A stretch of DNA of 64,000 bases, from the NCBI GenBank assembly GCA_938045295.1, contig CALINO010000034.1:5334-69333 (forward strand). Reading direction: 5' to 3'. Under the pieces are notes generated by a model. That model was not told the DNA's origin, did not search any database, and saw nothing but the letters and a program-made list of their open reading frames with translations. A program made the translations under genes and the position numbers. This stretch comes from an uncultured Arenicella sp. Its GTDB lineage: Bacteria > Pseudomonadota > Gammaproteobacteria > Arenicellales > Arenicellaceae. This document shows positions 9,468 through 18,369 of the stretch, piece after piece (within the stretch, counting starts at the first letter, position 1; each line of letters begins with the position of its first letter).

Positions 9468-11207
9468 ATGTCGCATCCGCCATCCAGATCTGAAATTGAA
9501 TCTGCTTTATCTGGTAAAACCAAGAAAACGCCCTATCAAGCCAAACCAAAACCCAGTTTTGATTTAGGCGAGCCGCCACGCCGACAACAAGTGTTAGGCG
9601 GCGATTTATCTGGCGTCAATCAAACGAAGAAATATGGGCTGTTTAGCCGCTACAGCGACATCAACATTGCCGCTTGGGTTGGCGGGTTTGTGATCGTGCT
9701 TATTTTTGTTGCGTTTTTTTGGCCGGAACAACCCAACTCAGTAACCGAAATTAGTAAAGAACTTGATGAAAACCGCATTGTTGCGGTTGAAGACCAAGAC
9801 TTGGATGATGCCGTGGCTGGCCAAGCCAATTTCTCACGTGACACTGATTTTGACCGCGCCAATGAGTTTCGTGAACAAGACGCGCTGGACAATCAAGTAC
9901 GCGAGCTATTGCAAACCGCCGCCGCACACATACGCAAACGCGAACTGACGCAACCGCCTGAAAAAAACGCAGTATTAATCTATAAAGAAGTGCTGTCTTT
10001 AAGCCCCAATAATGCCGATGCAAAAGAAGGCTTAGGCAAGATTCGCCAGCACTTTTTGGTACGCGGCTTAAATTCACTGGAAGCGGATAAACCAGTACTC
10101 GCAAGAAGTTATCTTGATCGATTGGCCATTATCGATGCCGAGTCAGAAGATTACGCAGAGTTAAAAGCGGCATTTGATGAGTTTAATGTGCAGCAAGACA
10201 TTCGCTCACTGCTGAAAAAAGCCAATCAAGCCGTTGCTGCGAATAAGCTTATCTTGCCCGCCAGAGAAAGCGCGCTGGCTTACTTTCAACAAGTGCTTGA
10301 ACTGGCTCCTGAAAATTCAAAAGCACTCACTGGCATTAAAAAAATTGCCGATGGTTATATAGAACAAGCCAGTTCTTCGGTACTTTCTGGTGATTACGAT
10401 GCCGCTGCTGCGCGTTTGGCCACCGTGGCCTTAATTGACCCTGAGCATAAATCTATTGCCCTAGTCGAAGCCATGATTAAAAATGCCAAGAGCGTGGCAC
10501 AACAAAGACAGCAAGAAGAGCAAGCCAGCAATGCAAGTGAAAACGGCGCAGCAACTCAAGCCTCAACACCAACAACCAACCAAGCCACCAGCAGTGAGCC
10601 CACAGAGCCCACTCAAATTGCTAATACCAATATCAGCAATACGGAAGACGACACAACGTCTACCCCTGTTGTAAATTCAAACAAAACCCCAGCAAAACAA
10701 GCCGACGAGCAAAAAGTATTTGACCAGCAATACTTACAACAAGGCTTAAGTGCTTACTACAGCGGCGATTACGATAAAGCGGCGTCATTACTGGAGCCAC
10801 TGGCGGATAAAGGCATTGCAAGAGCGCAAATGCGGCTTGCATACATGCACTTTTTAGGCCGAGGCTACCTTCGAAATCGCACCGAGGCCGATCGCATTGT
10901 GCGCGCTGCTCTGCCCTCTATTCGAAAGTTTGCCGACGAAGGCCGAGGTTGGGCACAGTCTGATTTAGGCAGCCTGTACGAAGACGGTTTGGTATTGCCA
11001 CGCGACTACGGTGAAGCCGTATATTGGTACCGAACGGCCGCAGAAAAAGGCTACCCGGGCGCGCAAACCAACTTAGGCATTATGTATGCCCGTGGCCGAG
11101 GCGTGGCGGCAAGCCGCCGCACGGCCATTGAATGGTTTCAGCGCGCGGCCAAACAAGGTGATGATGTTGCTAAACGCAATTTAGATGCTCTGGGTGTTAC
11201 TAACTAA
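9468..11207 (+). CDS. Membrane-anchored TPR-like / Sel1-repeat protein
   Basis: One TM (IAAWVGGFVIVLIFVAFFW), two roughly 100-aa helical repeats, an S/T/Q/P linker, then Sel1 repeats such as AQSDLGSLYEDG...AVYWYRTAAEKG and AQTNLGIMYARGRG...AIEWFQRAAKQG. Confidence 0.8.
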   Translation: MSHPPSRSEIESALSGKTKKTPYQAKPKPSFDLGEPPRRQQVLGGDLSGVNQTKKYGLFSRYSDINIAAWVGGFVIVLIFVAFFWPEQPNSVTEISKELDENRIVAVEDQDLDDAVAGQANFSRDTDFDRANEFREQDALDNQVRELLQTAAAHIRKRELTQPPEKNAVLIYKEVLSLSPNNADAKEGLGKIRQHFLVRGLNSLEADKPVLARSYLDRLAIIDAESEDYAELKAAFDEFNVQQDIRSLLKKANQAVAANKLILPARESALAYFQQVLELAPENSKALTGIKKIADGYIEQASSSVLSGDYDAAAARLATVALIDPEHKSIALVEAMIKNAKSVAQQRQQEEQASNASENGAATQASTPTTNQATSSEPTEPTQIANTNISNTEDDTTSTPVVNSNKTPAKQADEQKVFDQQYLQQGLSAYYSGDYDKAASLLEPLADKGIARAQMRLAYMHFLGRGYLRNRTEADRIVRAALPSIRKFADEGRGWAQSDLGSLYEDGLVLPRDYGEAVYWYRTAAEKGYPGAQTNLGIMYARGRGVAASRRTAIEWFQRAAKQGDDVAKRNLDALGVTN

Positions 11208-11220
11208 ACCAGGTGTCACC

Positions 11221-11247
11221 AACTAAGCCAGCACCACTGGCTTAGTT
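11221..11247. terminator. Hairpin between convergent genes
   Basis: AACTAAGCCAG-cacca-CTGGCTTAGTT perfect 11-bp stem; a second weaker stem lies at 11259-11284. Confidence 0.6.
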
Positions 11248-11282
11248 AACGAAGCACCAACAACTACAACGTTTTTTAGTTG

Positions 11283-12092
11283 TTAGGAAATAGAATCAAC
11301 CGTGTATTTATTGGCGTCAAAGTCTGGCTCAGGGTACTGACAATTCATGTCTTTTAATGTGTCGCGAATAACCGACGCAATCATAACGTCTCTGAATAAT
11401 CGGTTTTCAGCCGGCACCACGTACCACGGTGCTTGCTCTGATGCGCACTTAGTCATAGCCACTTCAAAAGCACTCATGTAATCAGACCACAGTTCGCGTT
11501 CAACTAAATCACCGGGGTTGAACTTCCAATTTTTTTCAGGGTATTCAAGTCGGCTTTTAAAACGGCTAAGTTGGTACTCAGGTGAAATATTAAGCATAAA
11601 CTTCAATACCCTAGTACCACGATCGTGCAGTAACGATTCAAAGTTATTGATGTGTTGGTAACGACGCTCAAGCGCATCATCATCAACCCATTCGTGCACC
11701 TTAACAATCAAAACATCTTCATAGTGAGAGCGGTTAAAAATGGCCATGTCACCGGCCTTAGGAGCCGCGGCGTGAATGCGCCACAAAAAGTCATGCGCCA
11801 TTTCTAATTTAGTGGGGCTTTTAAAACTGTGTACCGCACAACCTTGGGCATTAAGCTCTGAAGTCAGTTTGCCAATAGTGCTGTCTTTACCTGCGGCATC
11901 CATGGCTTGCAATACGATCAACAGTGACTGCTTAGATTCAGCGTACAAAACCTGTTGTAAGTCAGCCACTTCGGCCCACAATTTAGAGCGTAATTTTTTC
12001 AGCGCTTTATCACTTTCACCGCCGTCTTCACGAGTTGAAAAATCATTTAAATTGGCGCGCTGGCCATTGAGTCGAAATTTTGAGAAGTCCAT
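11283..12092 (-). CDS. ppk2: Polyphosphate kinase 2, class III type
   Basis: LQAMDAAGKDSTI (Walker A), FLWRIH, FNRSHYEDVL, WKFNPGD, PWYVVPA. Start set at MDFSKF (12092) because the upstream extension looks non-coding. Confidence 0.9.
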   Translation of the reverse strand: MDFSKFRLNGQRANLNDFSTREDGGESDKALKKLRSKLWAEVADLQQVLYAESKQSLLIVLQAMDAAGKDSTIGKLTSELNAQGCAVHSFKSPTKLEMAHDFLWRIHAAAPKAGDMAIFNRSHYEDVLIVKVHEWVDDDALERRYQHINNFESLLHDRGTRVLKFMLNISPEYQLSRFKSRLEYPEKNWKFNPGDLVERELWSDYMSAFEVAMTKCASEQAPWYVVPAENRLFRDVMIASVIRDTLKDMNCQYPEPDFDANKYTVDSIS

Positions 12093-12253
12093 ATTCAAGC
12101 ATAGATACAAATAGATAGATAAGCACACATGGTATTGATAAACTGTCGCTAATGCAAAAAGCACTCACCGTAATTTTCCGCTTTTAACACATCAAACCTG
12201 AGCCTTAATCAATTTAACACCACTCTTAACGCTAATTAAGTTAATACGACTTT

Positions 12254-12955
12254 ATGACCGCCCTTGCTGCCACACACAAAACTGACTCTGATCAATGCTT
12301 ATTGCAAGGCCATGATTTGCACTGTGTGCGGGGTGAACGCAGCCTGTTTACAGGTATCAATGTCACCGTTAATCGTGGGCAATGCTTACATATTGTTGGC
12401 GCCAACGGCTCAGGAAAAACCAGTTTATTGCGCATACTGTGCGGATTAAGCTCTGCCGACAGTGGCACGGTGCTATGGCGTAAGCAGCCATTGGCAAACA
12501 ATGTCGACTTCAATGCAAGTACGGCCTATGTTGGCCATAAAGACGGGTTAAAAAACGAACTCACCGCCATCGAAAATCTTCGTTTTCAGCAGCAATTAGA
12601 AGGCATAAATGACGAACAAGCACTGGACGACTGCTTAGCACAGCTAAAAATTTTATATTGCGCAGACTTGAGCGCCCAAGCCCTGTCTTTTGGCCAGCGC
12701 CGGCGTTTGGCTTTCGCGCGCTTACTGTTAAGTTCAAAAGCAAGTTCAAAAACAAGTTCAAAAGTATTGTGGATACTCGATGAGCCATTTACCGGCATTG
12801 ATATTCATGGGCGTGCGTTAATAGAAGATTTATGCGTTCAGCACCTAAGTGATGGTGGCGCTATTGTGATGACACACCACCAAAGTTTAGACCAAAGTGG
12901 CTTGGCTAAGTATCGCTCAGAGCTTAATTTAGAAGCGCACGGCGGTAACCTATGA
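12254..12955 (+). CDS. ccmA: Heme export ABC ATPase CcmA
   Basis: GANGSGKTSLLRILCGL, GHKDGLKNELTAIENL, LSFGQRRR, WILDEPFT; first gene of the ccm operon. Confidence 0.95.
   Translation: MTALAATHKTDSDQCLLQGHDLHCVRGERSLFTGINVTVNRGQCLHIVGANGSGKTSLLRILCGLSSADSGTVLWRKQPLANNVDFNASTAYVGHKDGLKNELTAIENLRFQQQLEGINDEQALDDCLAQLKILYCADLSAQALSFGQRRRLAFARLLLSSKASSKTSSKVLWILDEPFTGIDIHGRALIEDLCVQHLSDGGAIVMTHHQSLDQSGLAKYRSELNLEAHGGNL
12730..12765 (+). repeat. 12-bp tandem repeat x3 inside ccmA
   Basis: AAGTTCAAAAGC AAGTTCAAAAAC AAGTTCAAAAGT, encoding SSKASSKTSSKV. Confidence 0.85.
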
Positions 12956-13617
12956 ACACCCTGTTACTGTATTTCAAACGCGAATGGCAGTTACTGTTTA
13001 GAAACACGGGCGCATTAATTCAACCTTTGGTGTTTTTCATTATTATTGCCCTGCTCTTTCCATTCAGCCTGCCCGCTGAAATCACATTGTTGCAAAAAAT
13101 TGGCGGCGGCATTATTTGGGTTGCCGCGGTTTTAGCCAGCTTACTCAGCTTGGAAAACATGTTTCAAAGTGACTATCAAGACGGCACCTTAGAACAGGCC
13201 ATTATTCACCAGCGCTCTTTAGAAATGGCCATGCTGGGCAAAGTGCTGGCGCACTGGAGTGCAACCGGTCTGTTTTTAACTGTTTTCAGTCCACTTCTGT
13301 GCCTTACTTTTAATATACCTTCTGAACAAATTTGGGTATTATTCTTCGGCTTGCTGTTAGGAACCCCCAGCCTGACACTGATTGGTGCCGTTGGCGCCGC
13401 TATTACGGTCACATTAAGGCGAGGCGGTGTACTGATTGCCATTATTATTCTGCCGCTGTACATACCCGTATTGATTTTCGGTGCTGGCATGTTATCTCAA
13501 TCAGCTCAAGGCTTGGAAATAACCAGCCAGTTGTATACTCTAGCAGCAATTTTTGTATTAGCCATTACGCTAGCGCCATTTGCCATTGCTAGCGCACTCA
13601 GGGCAACCATTAATTAA
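12952..13617 (+). CDS. ccmB: Heme exporter permease CcmB
   Basis: GIIWVAAVLASLL, DYQDGTLE, LPLYIPVLIFG; ATGA overlap with ccmA. Confidence 0.95.
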   Translation: MNTLLLYFKREWQLLFRNTGALIQPLVFFIIIALLFPFSLPAEITLLQKIGGGIIWVAAVLASLLSLENMFQSDYQDGTLEQAIIHQRSLEMAMLGKVLAHWSATGLFLTVFSPLLCLTFNIPSEQIWVLFFGLLLGTPSLTLIGAVGAAITVTLRRGGVLIAIIILPLYIPVLIFGAGMLSQSAQGLEITSQLYTLAAIFVLAITLAPFAIASALRATIN

Positions 13618-13641
13618 TAACGAGCCAACCGAATAAATACC

Positions 13642-14415
13642 GTGAACCCTGTTAGCATCATTTGGAAATTTTTAGTGACCGTGTATCACCGCCTGGGGTC
13701 GCCTCGTGAGTTCTACCAAATTGCTCAATACACCACACCCATCTTTGGCTTACTGAGCTTGGTGTTGTTTGTGTGCGGTGCTTATTTAGGCTTATTTCAA
13801 GCCCCTGCTGATTACCAACAAGGTGACAGCTTTCGCATTATTTACGTACACGTACCTGCCGCATGGCTCTCTCTGTTTGTTTACATGGTGATGGCCACCG
13901 CAGCCGCCATAGGCATTATTTGGCGTATGAAAATGGCCTTTGTAGTGGCTATTTGCTCAGCGCCCTTAGGTGCTGTTTTCACCGCCCTCGCCCTTATTAC
14001 TGGCTCAATTTGGGGTAAACCCATATGGGGAACTTGGTGGACATGGGACGCACGCCTTACCTCAGAACTCATTTTGTTATTTTTGTACTTTGGTGTCATG
14101 GCCACCTACCATGCATTTGAAGAACGCAAAACGGCCGAAAAAGCCATGGCCATGCTGGCGATAATTGGCGTTGTGATTGTGCCTATTATTCACTACTCGG
14201 TGGAATGGTGGAGCAGCTTACATCAAGGCGCCACCATTTTTGCTGAAGGTGGCCCGCGCATGCCTGCCGACATGCTAACACCGCTTATTTTGATGATTCT
14301 GAGCTTTATGTTCTTTTACGGCTACGCTTTATTTTTATCCGCGCAAAATAAAGTGTTGCTTAATGAACGAAAAAGCCAATGGGTAAAAGCGGCCATTTCC
14401 GCGGCTGAGAAATAA
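13642..14415 (+). CDS. ccmC: Heme exporter CcmC
   Basis: RIIYVHVPAAW, tryptophan-rich WGKPIWGTWWTWDARLT, IIHYSVEWW-SLHQ. Confidence 0.97.
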   Translation: MNPVSIIWKFLVTVYHRLGSPREFYQIAQYTTPIFGLLSLVLFVCGAYLGLFQAPADYQQGDSFRIIYVHVPAAWLSLFVYMVMATAAAIGIIWRMKMAFVVAICSAPLGAVFTALALITGSIWGKPIWGTWWTWDARLTSELILLFLYFGVMATYHAFEERKTAEKAMAMLAIIGVVIVPIIHYSVEWWSSLHQGATIFAEGGPRMPADMLTPLILMILSFMFFYGYALFLSAQNKVLLNERKSQWVKAAISAAEK

Positions 14416-14431
14416 CAGAGGTTCAACGATT

Positions 14432-14611
14432 ATGAATTGGTCAGAATTCTTTCATATGGGTGGCTACGCGTTTCATGTGTGGTCTTGTTGGGCTTTAAGT
14501 ACTGCTTGCCTACTTTTTATTGTTGCATTCGCTAAATTTCGCAATGCTAGAATTAAGCGCGACATCGCCAGACAAATACAGCGCGAAGAACGTCATCAAA
14601 ACAACTCTTAA
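14432..14611 (+). CDS. ccmD: Heme exporter protein CcmD (59 aa, not in the ORF track)
   Basis: Manual translation MNWSEFFHMGGYAFHVWSCWALSTACLLFIVAFAKFRNARIKRDIARQIQREERHQNNS. It has the MGGY..VW motif, one TM and a basic tail, a GAGG RBS, and lies between ccmC and ccmE. Confidence 0.9.
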   Translation: MNWSEFFHMGGYAFHVWSCWALSTACLLFIVAFAKFRNARIKRDIARQIQREERHQNNS

Positions 14612-14626
14612 ACGCATCACAATAGA

Positions 14627-15091
14627 ATGAGCCCAAGCCAGAAAAAACGATTTACCATCATTGGCGTGCTAATTGTTGGCATCAGCATTGCCACTTTTTT
14701 GGCATTGCAAGCCATGCAAAGCAGCATTGAGTATTTCCGCACGCCAAGCCAAATAAAACACGAAGGCTTTTCTTCAGAACAAGTGTATCGCGTTGCCGGT
14801 TTGGTGCGTAAAGGCAGTGTGTCTCGCTTAGATGACGGTGTTACTCAACGCTTTAATGTTACCGATTGCGAGAACGATGTCACCGTTCAATACACCGGCA
14901 TTCTTCCTGATTTATTTCGTGAAGGCCAAGCCATTGTGACATTAGGCAAGATCAATCAAGAGTCGGTGCTGGTGGCATCACAAGTACTGGCCAAGCACGA
15001 TGAAAATTATGTGCCTAATGAGGCGGCCGATGCCGTTATGCTAGCGCAAGCTAATAAATGCGATAATGCCGATGGCGCTGTCACCTACTAA
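14627..15091 (+). CDS. ccmE: Heme chaperone CcmE
   Basis: N-terminal TM, YTGILPDLFREGQ, heme-binding VLAKHDENY. Confidence 0.97.
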   Translation: MSPSQKKRFTIIGVLIVGISIATFLALQAMQSSIEYFRTPSQIKHEGFSSEQVYRVAGLVRKGSVSRLDDGVTQRFNVTDCENDVTVQYTGILPDLFREGQAIVTLGKINQESVLVASQVLAKHDENYVPNEAADAVMLAQANKCDNADGAVTY

Positions 15092-15121
15092 CTTAATACA
15101 CTCAATTTAAGAGGCAACTTT

Positions 15122-17167
15122 ATGCTCGGCGAGCTCGGAAGTTTTTGTCTAGTTTTAGCTCTGTGCGTGTCCATCGCTCAATCGATTCTGCCGTTGGCAG
15201 GCACTTATCGAGGCCGACAAAGTTGGATGATGTTTGGCCGCACCTCGGCCTACGTGCAATGGGTGCTAGTACTGCTGTCTTACAGTATTCTCACTTACGC
15301 TTTTTACATCAATGACTTTTCAATTGCGTACGTTGCAAAAACATCAAATCTACAGCAACCGCTGATGTACCGCCTGTCTGGCGTGTGGGGTGGTCATGAA
15401 GGCTCGCTATTGTTATGGATTTTAATGCTCAGCAGCTGGACCGCATTAGTCGCACGCTTTAGTCGCGGTATTCCGCGAGATATGTTGGCGCGCGTTGTGT
15501 CGGTGTTGGGCATGGTCAGTATTGGTTTTATTGCATTCACCCTCTTTACTTCCAACCCGTTTGATCGATTATTTCCAACCCCCTTAGATGGCAATGAGTT
15601 AAACCCATTGCTGCAAGACCCGGGCTTTTTAATTCACCCGCCTATGTTGTATATGGGCTACGTAGGTTTCAGCGTGGTGTTTGCATTTGCCATTGCCGCC
15701 ATGCTCAGCGGCAAACTTGATACAGCATGGGCTCGCTGGGCTCGCCCATGGACAACCATTGCTTGGCTGTTCTTAACCATCGGTATTGTGCTTGGCAGTT
15801 GGTGGGCATATTACGAGCTGGGCTGGGGTGGCTGGTGGTTCTGGGACCCCGTTGAAAATGCGTCTTTTATGCCTTGGCTAGTGGGCACCGCACTCATTCA
15901 TTCGCTTGCCGTTACTGAAAAGCGTGGTGCGTTTAAAGCGTGGACGGTACTGCTGGCAATTTTGGCCTTCTCTTTAAGCTTATTAGGCACATTCTTAGTT
16001 CGCTCAGGCGTACTAACATCGGTGCACTCTTTTGCTTCTGACCCCACGCGCGGTTTGTTCATCTTGTGCTTTTTACTGATTGTTGTGGGCGGGTCTTTAG
16101 GGCTTTATGCCGCCAAAGCGCACAAATTGAACAGCGATATTAACTACAGCCTGTTCTCTAAAGAAGTAAGCTTGTTACTCAATAACGTACTGTTAGTGAT
16201 CAGCGCGTTTATGGTATTGATTGGCACCTTGGCGCCTATTTTATTCGACGCATTTGGTCAGAAAATCTCAGTCGGTGCGCCCTACTTTGATTTCATGTTT
16301 GCCTTACTGACCATACCGCTGGCCGTTGTTGTTGGTATTGGTTCTACCAGCCGCTGGAAACGCGACCAACTAAGCCGCTTTAAAACCCAAACACTGGCCA
16401 TTTTACTAATCAGCCTAATTGTAGGTGCGTTAATCACACATCAATTATCAGTGCAGGCATTCCAATGGCGTGGTTTTTTCGGTTCAACATTGGGCATTTG
16501 GGTCATGCTGTGGAGTGTGTTTGCTCTGTTAGATCGCCTGAAACATCAAAAAAATTGGGTATCCGGTTTGCGTAAAATCCCGGCCTCTATTTGGGGCATG
16601 ACGGTTGCGCACTTTGGCATTGCTGTTTTTATTTTGGGCGTAACGCACGTTAATACCTACAGCTTAGAAAAAGACGTACGCTTAGCTCCCGGTGAAAGTT
16701 ACACCCTCGGCAATTACCAGTTCACATTTTCAGGTATTAGCCAAAAAAGTGAGCAAAACTACCAAGCCAATGAGGGTAAATTTTTAGTGTCTTATACTCC
16801 TAAGCCTGAAGACAGCTTTACACTGGCGCCACAAAAACGTTTTTATTCTTCAGGCAAACCGATGACCGAAGCGGCCATTAACACCACCTTAAGCCGCGAT
16901 GTGTATATCTCACTGGGTGATCGCCTAGAACGAGGAGAGCAAAGCGCTTGGACCGTTCGCCTCTACTTACGCTCGTACGTGGCCTGTATTTGGTTGGGCG
17001 GCTTTTTAATGGCGTTGGGCGGCTTAATTGCTTCCGCAGACCGCCGTTATCGACGGCCGGTTAAAACCATGAGCAAACAACAGCTTGCCGAAGTCTCAGA
17101 AACACGCGGTCATACATCGGCCAATGATACCAAAGCATCATCAACCCCAACGATTCAACCCTCTTAG
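15122..17167 (+). CDS. ccmF: Cytochrome c heme lyase CcmF
   Basis: WGGHEGSLLLW, HPPMLYMGYVG, WAYYELGWGGWWFWDPVEN, RSGVLTSVHSF. Confidence 0.97.
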   Translation: MLGELGSFCLVLALCVSIAQSILPLAGTYRGRQSWMMFGRTSAYVQWVLVLLSYSILTYAFYINDFSIAYVAKTSNLQQPLMYRLSGVWGGHEGSLLLWILMLSSWTALVARFSRGIPRDMLARVVSVLGMVSIGFIAFTLFTSNPFDRLFPTPLDGNELNPLLQDPGFLIHPPMLYMGYVGFSVVFAFAIAAMLSGKLDTAWARWARPWTTIAWLFLTIGIVLGSWWAYYELGWGGWWFWDPVENASFMPWLVGTALIHSLAVTEKRGAFKAWTVLLAILAFSLSLLGTFLVRSGVLTSVHSFASDPTRGLFILCFLLIVVGGSLGLYAAKAHKLNSDINYSLFSKEVSLLLNNVLLVISAFMVLIGTLAPILFDAFGQKISVGAPYFDFMFALLTIPLAVVVGIGSTSRWKRDQLSRFKTQTLAILLISLIVGALITHQLSVQAFQWRGFFGSTLGIWVMLWSVFALLDRLKHQKNWVSGLRKIPASIWGMTVAHFGIAVFILGVTHVNTYSLEKDVRLAPGESYTLGNYQFTFSGISQKSEQNYQANEGKFLVSYTPKPEDSFTLAPQKRFYSSGKPMTEAAINTTLSRDVYISLGDRLERGEQSAWTVRLYLRSYVACIWLGGFLMALGGLIASADRRYRRPVKTMSKQQLAEVSETRGHTSANDTKASSTPTIQPS

Positions 17168-17176
17168 GTTTGTCTA

Positions 17177-17752
17177 ATGGCTGAAAATAAAAAAACACGT
17201 TTGTACATTATTCCGCTGTTGGCCTTTTTAGGCTTGGCGATCTTATTGGGCATTGGGCTAACGTTAAACCCCAAAGAGCTGCCTTCAGCACTGATTAATA
17301 AACAAGCGCCTGATTTTAATTTGCCATTACTGAACCTCTCTACTGAGCAAGTTCAAGCAACCACCTTCAGCCCAACGCAGTACTTAGGCAAACGTTGGAT
17401 TTTGAACGTATGGGCTTCTTGGTGCCCCTCATGCCGCTACGAGCACCCGCTATTTAACCAAATAGCGAGTAATACAAGCATTCCATTAGTGGGGCTAAAT
17501 TACAAAGACAAGCCCGAGGACGCCTCGCAATGGCTGGCCGAGCGCGGCAACCCTTATAATGCAATACCCAGCGATATAAACGGCGATATTGGCATTGAAT
17601 GGGGTGTGTATGGCGCACCAGAAACCTTTGTGATTGATGAGCAAGGCCACATCATTTATCGCCATGCAGGGCCGATAAATGCCCGCATTCTAGAACAAGA
17701 AATTGCCCCATTGTTTCCTACTCTGAATGCTCTATTTAACAATAAGCCTTAA
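17177..17752 (+). CDS. ccmG: Thiol:disulfide interchange protein CcmG/DsbE
   Basis: NVWASWCPSCRYEHP, GLNYKD, GVYGAPETFVID. Confidence 0.95.
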   Translation: MAENKKTRLYIIPLLAFLGLAILLGIGLTLNPKELPSALINKQAPDFNLPLLNLSTEQVQATTFSPTQYLGKRWILNVWASWCPSCRYEHPLFNQIASNTSIPLVGLNYKDKPEDASQWLAERGNPYNAIPSDINGDIGIEWGVYGAPETFVIDEQGHIIYRHAGPINARILEQEIAPLFPTLNALFNNKP

Positions 17753-18330
17753 TGCAAAACCACGCTAGAAGCATGAATACGCTATTAAATAAAACGCTCA
17801 CCGCCCCCTTCGTTTACTTAAGCTTTATGGCAGGGCTTGCGCTGTTTACGCTCACGGGGCCTGTGTATGCCGTGGTTGAAATTGCTGAATTTTCTCAACC
17901 AGAATACGAAGCGCGTTATAAAGAATTAATTGCTGAATTGCGCTGCCCGAAATGTCAAAACCAAAACCTGCTCGATTCGGATGCGCCGATTGCTGAAGAT
18001 TTACGCCGTAAAACTCGCAGCTTAATTAACCAAGGCAAAACAAACGAACAAGTAAAAGCCTTCATGTTAGACCGTTACGGCGACTTTGTTTTATACAAAC
18101 CGCGCTTTACGGCGGCTACGGCGTTTCTTTGGTTAGGGCCGTTTGTGTTGTTACTGCTGATTATTGTGTTGTTGGTTAGAAAAATTAAACACAAGCAAGA
18201 ACAAGAAATGTTTTTGCCCTCGCAGGCAAACGACGAGGCCACACGCATTAAAGTGCGTAATTTAATGAGTAACACTCCCTCATTGAACCGTGATAACTCT
18301 GAATCCGATAACTCAACGCCTAACAAATAA
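17752..18330 (+). CDS. ccmH: Cytochrome c biogenesis protein CcmH
   Basis: ELRCPKCQNQNLLDSDAPIAEDLR and RYGDFVLYKP. Start may be slightly downstream. Confidence 0.95.
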   Translation: MQNHARSMNTLLNKTLTAPFVYLSFMAGLALFTLTGPVYAVVEIAEFSQPEYEARYKELIAELRCPKCQNQNLLDSDAPIAEDLRRKTRSLINQGKTNEQVKAFMLDRYGDFVLYKPRFTAATAFLWLGPFVLLLLIIVLLVRKIKHKQEQEMFLPSQANDEATRIKVRNLMSNTPSLNRDNSESDNSTPNK

Positions 18331-18369
18331 CCTGCCCTAACTCCGACACTTTACTTAAAGCCGCTGACC

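Noticed and set aside
11216-11227. TCACCAACTAAG shared with 55931-55942
   Set aside because: Many 12-mer duplicates are expected by chance in 64 kb and the flanks do not extend the match.
12093-12164. N-terminal extensions in the ORF track for ppk2 (also the flavin reductase and HIT genes)
   Set aside because: They precede the family-conserved N-termini, and the flavin reductase and HIT extensions overlap each other; downstream ATGs were chosen.
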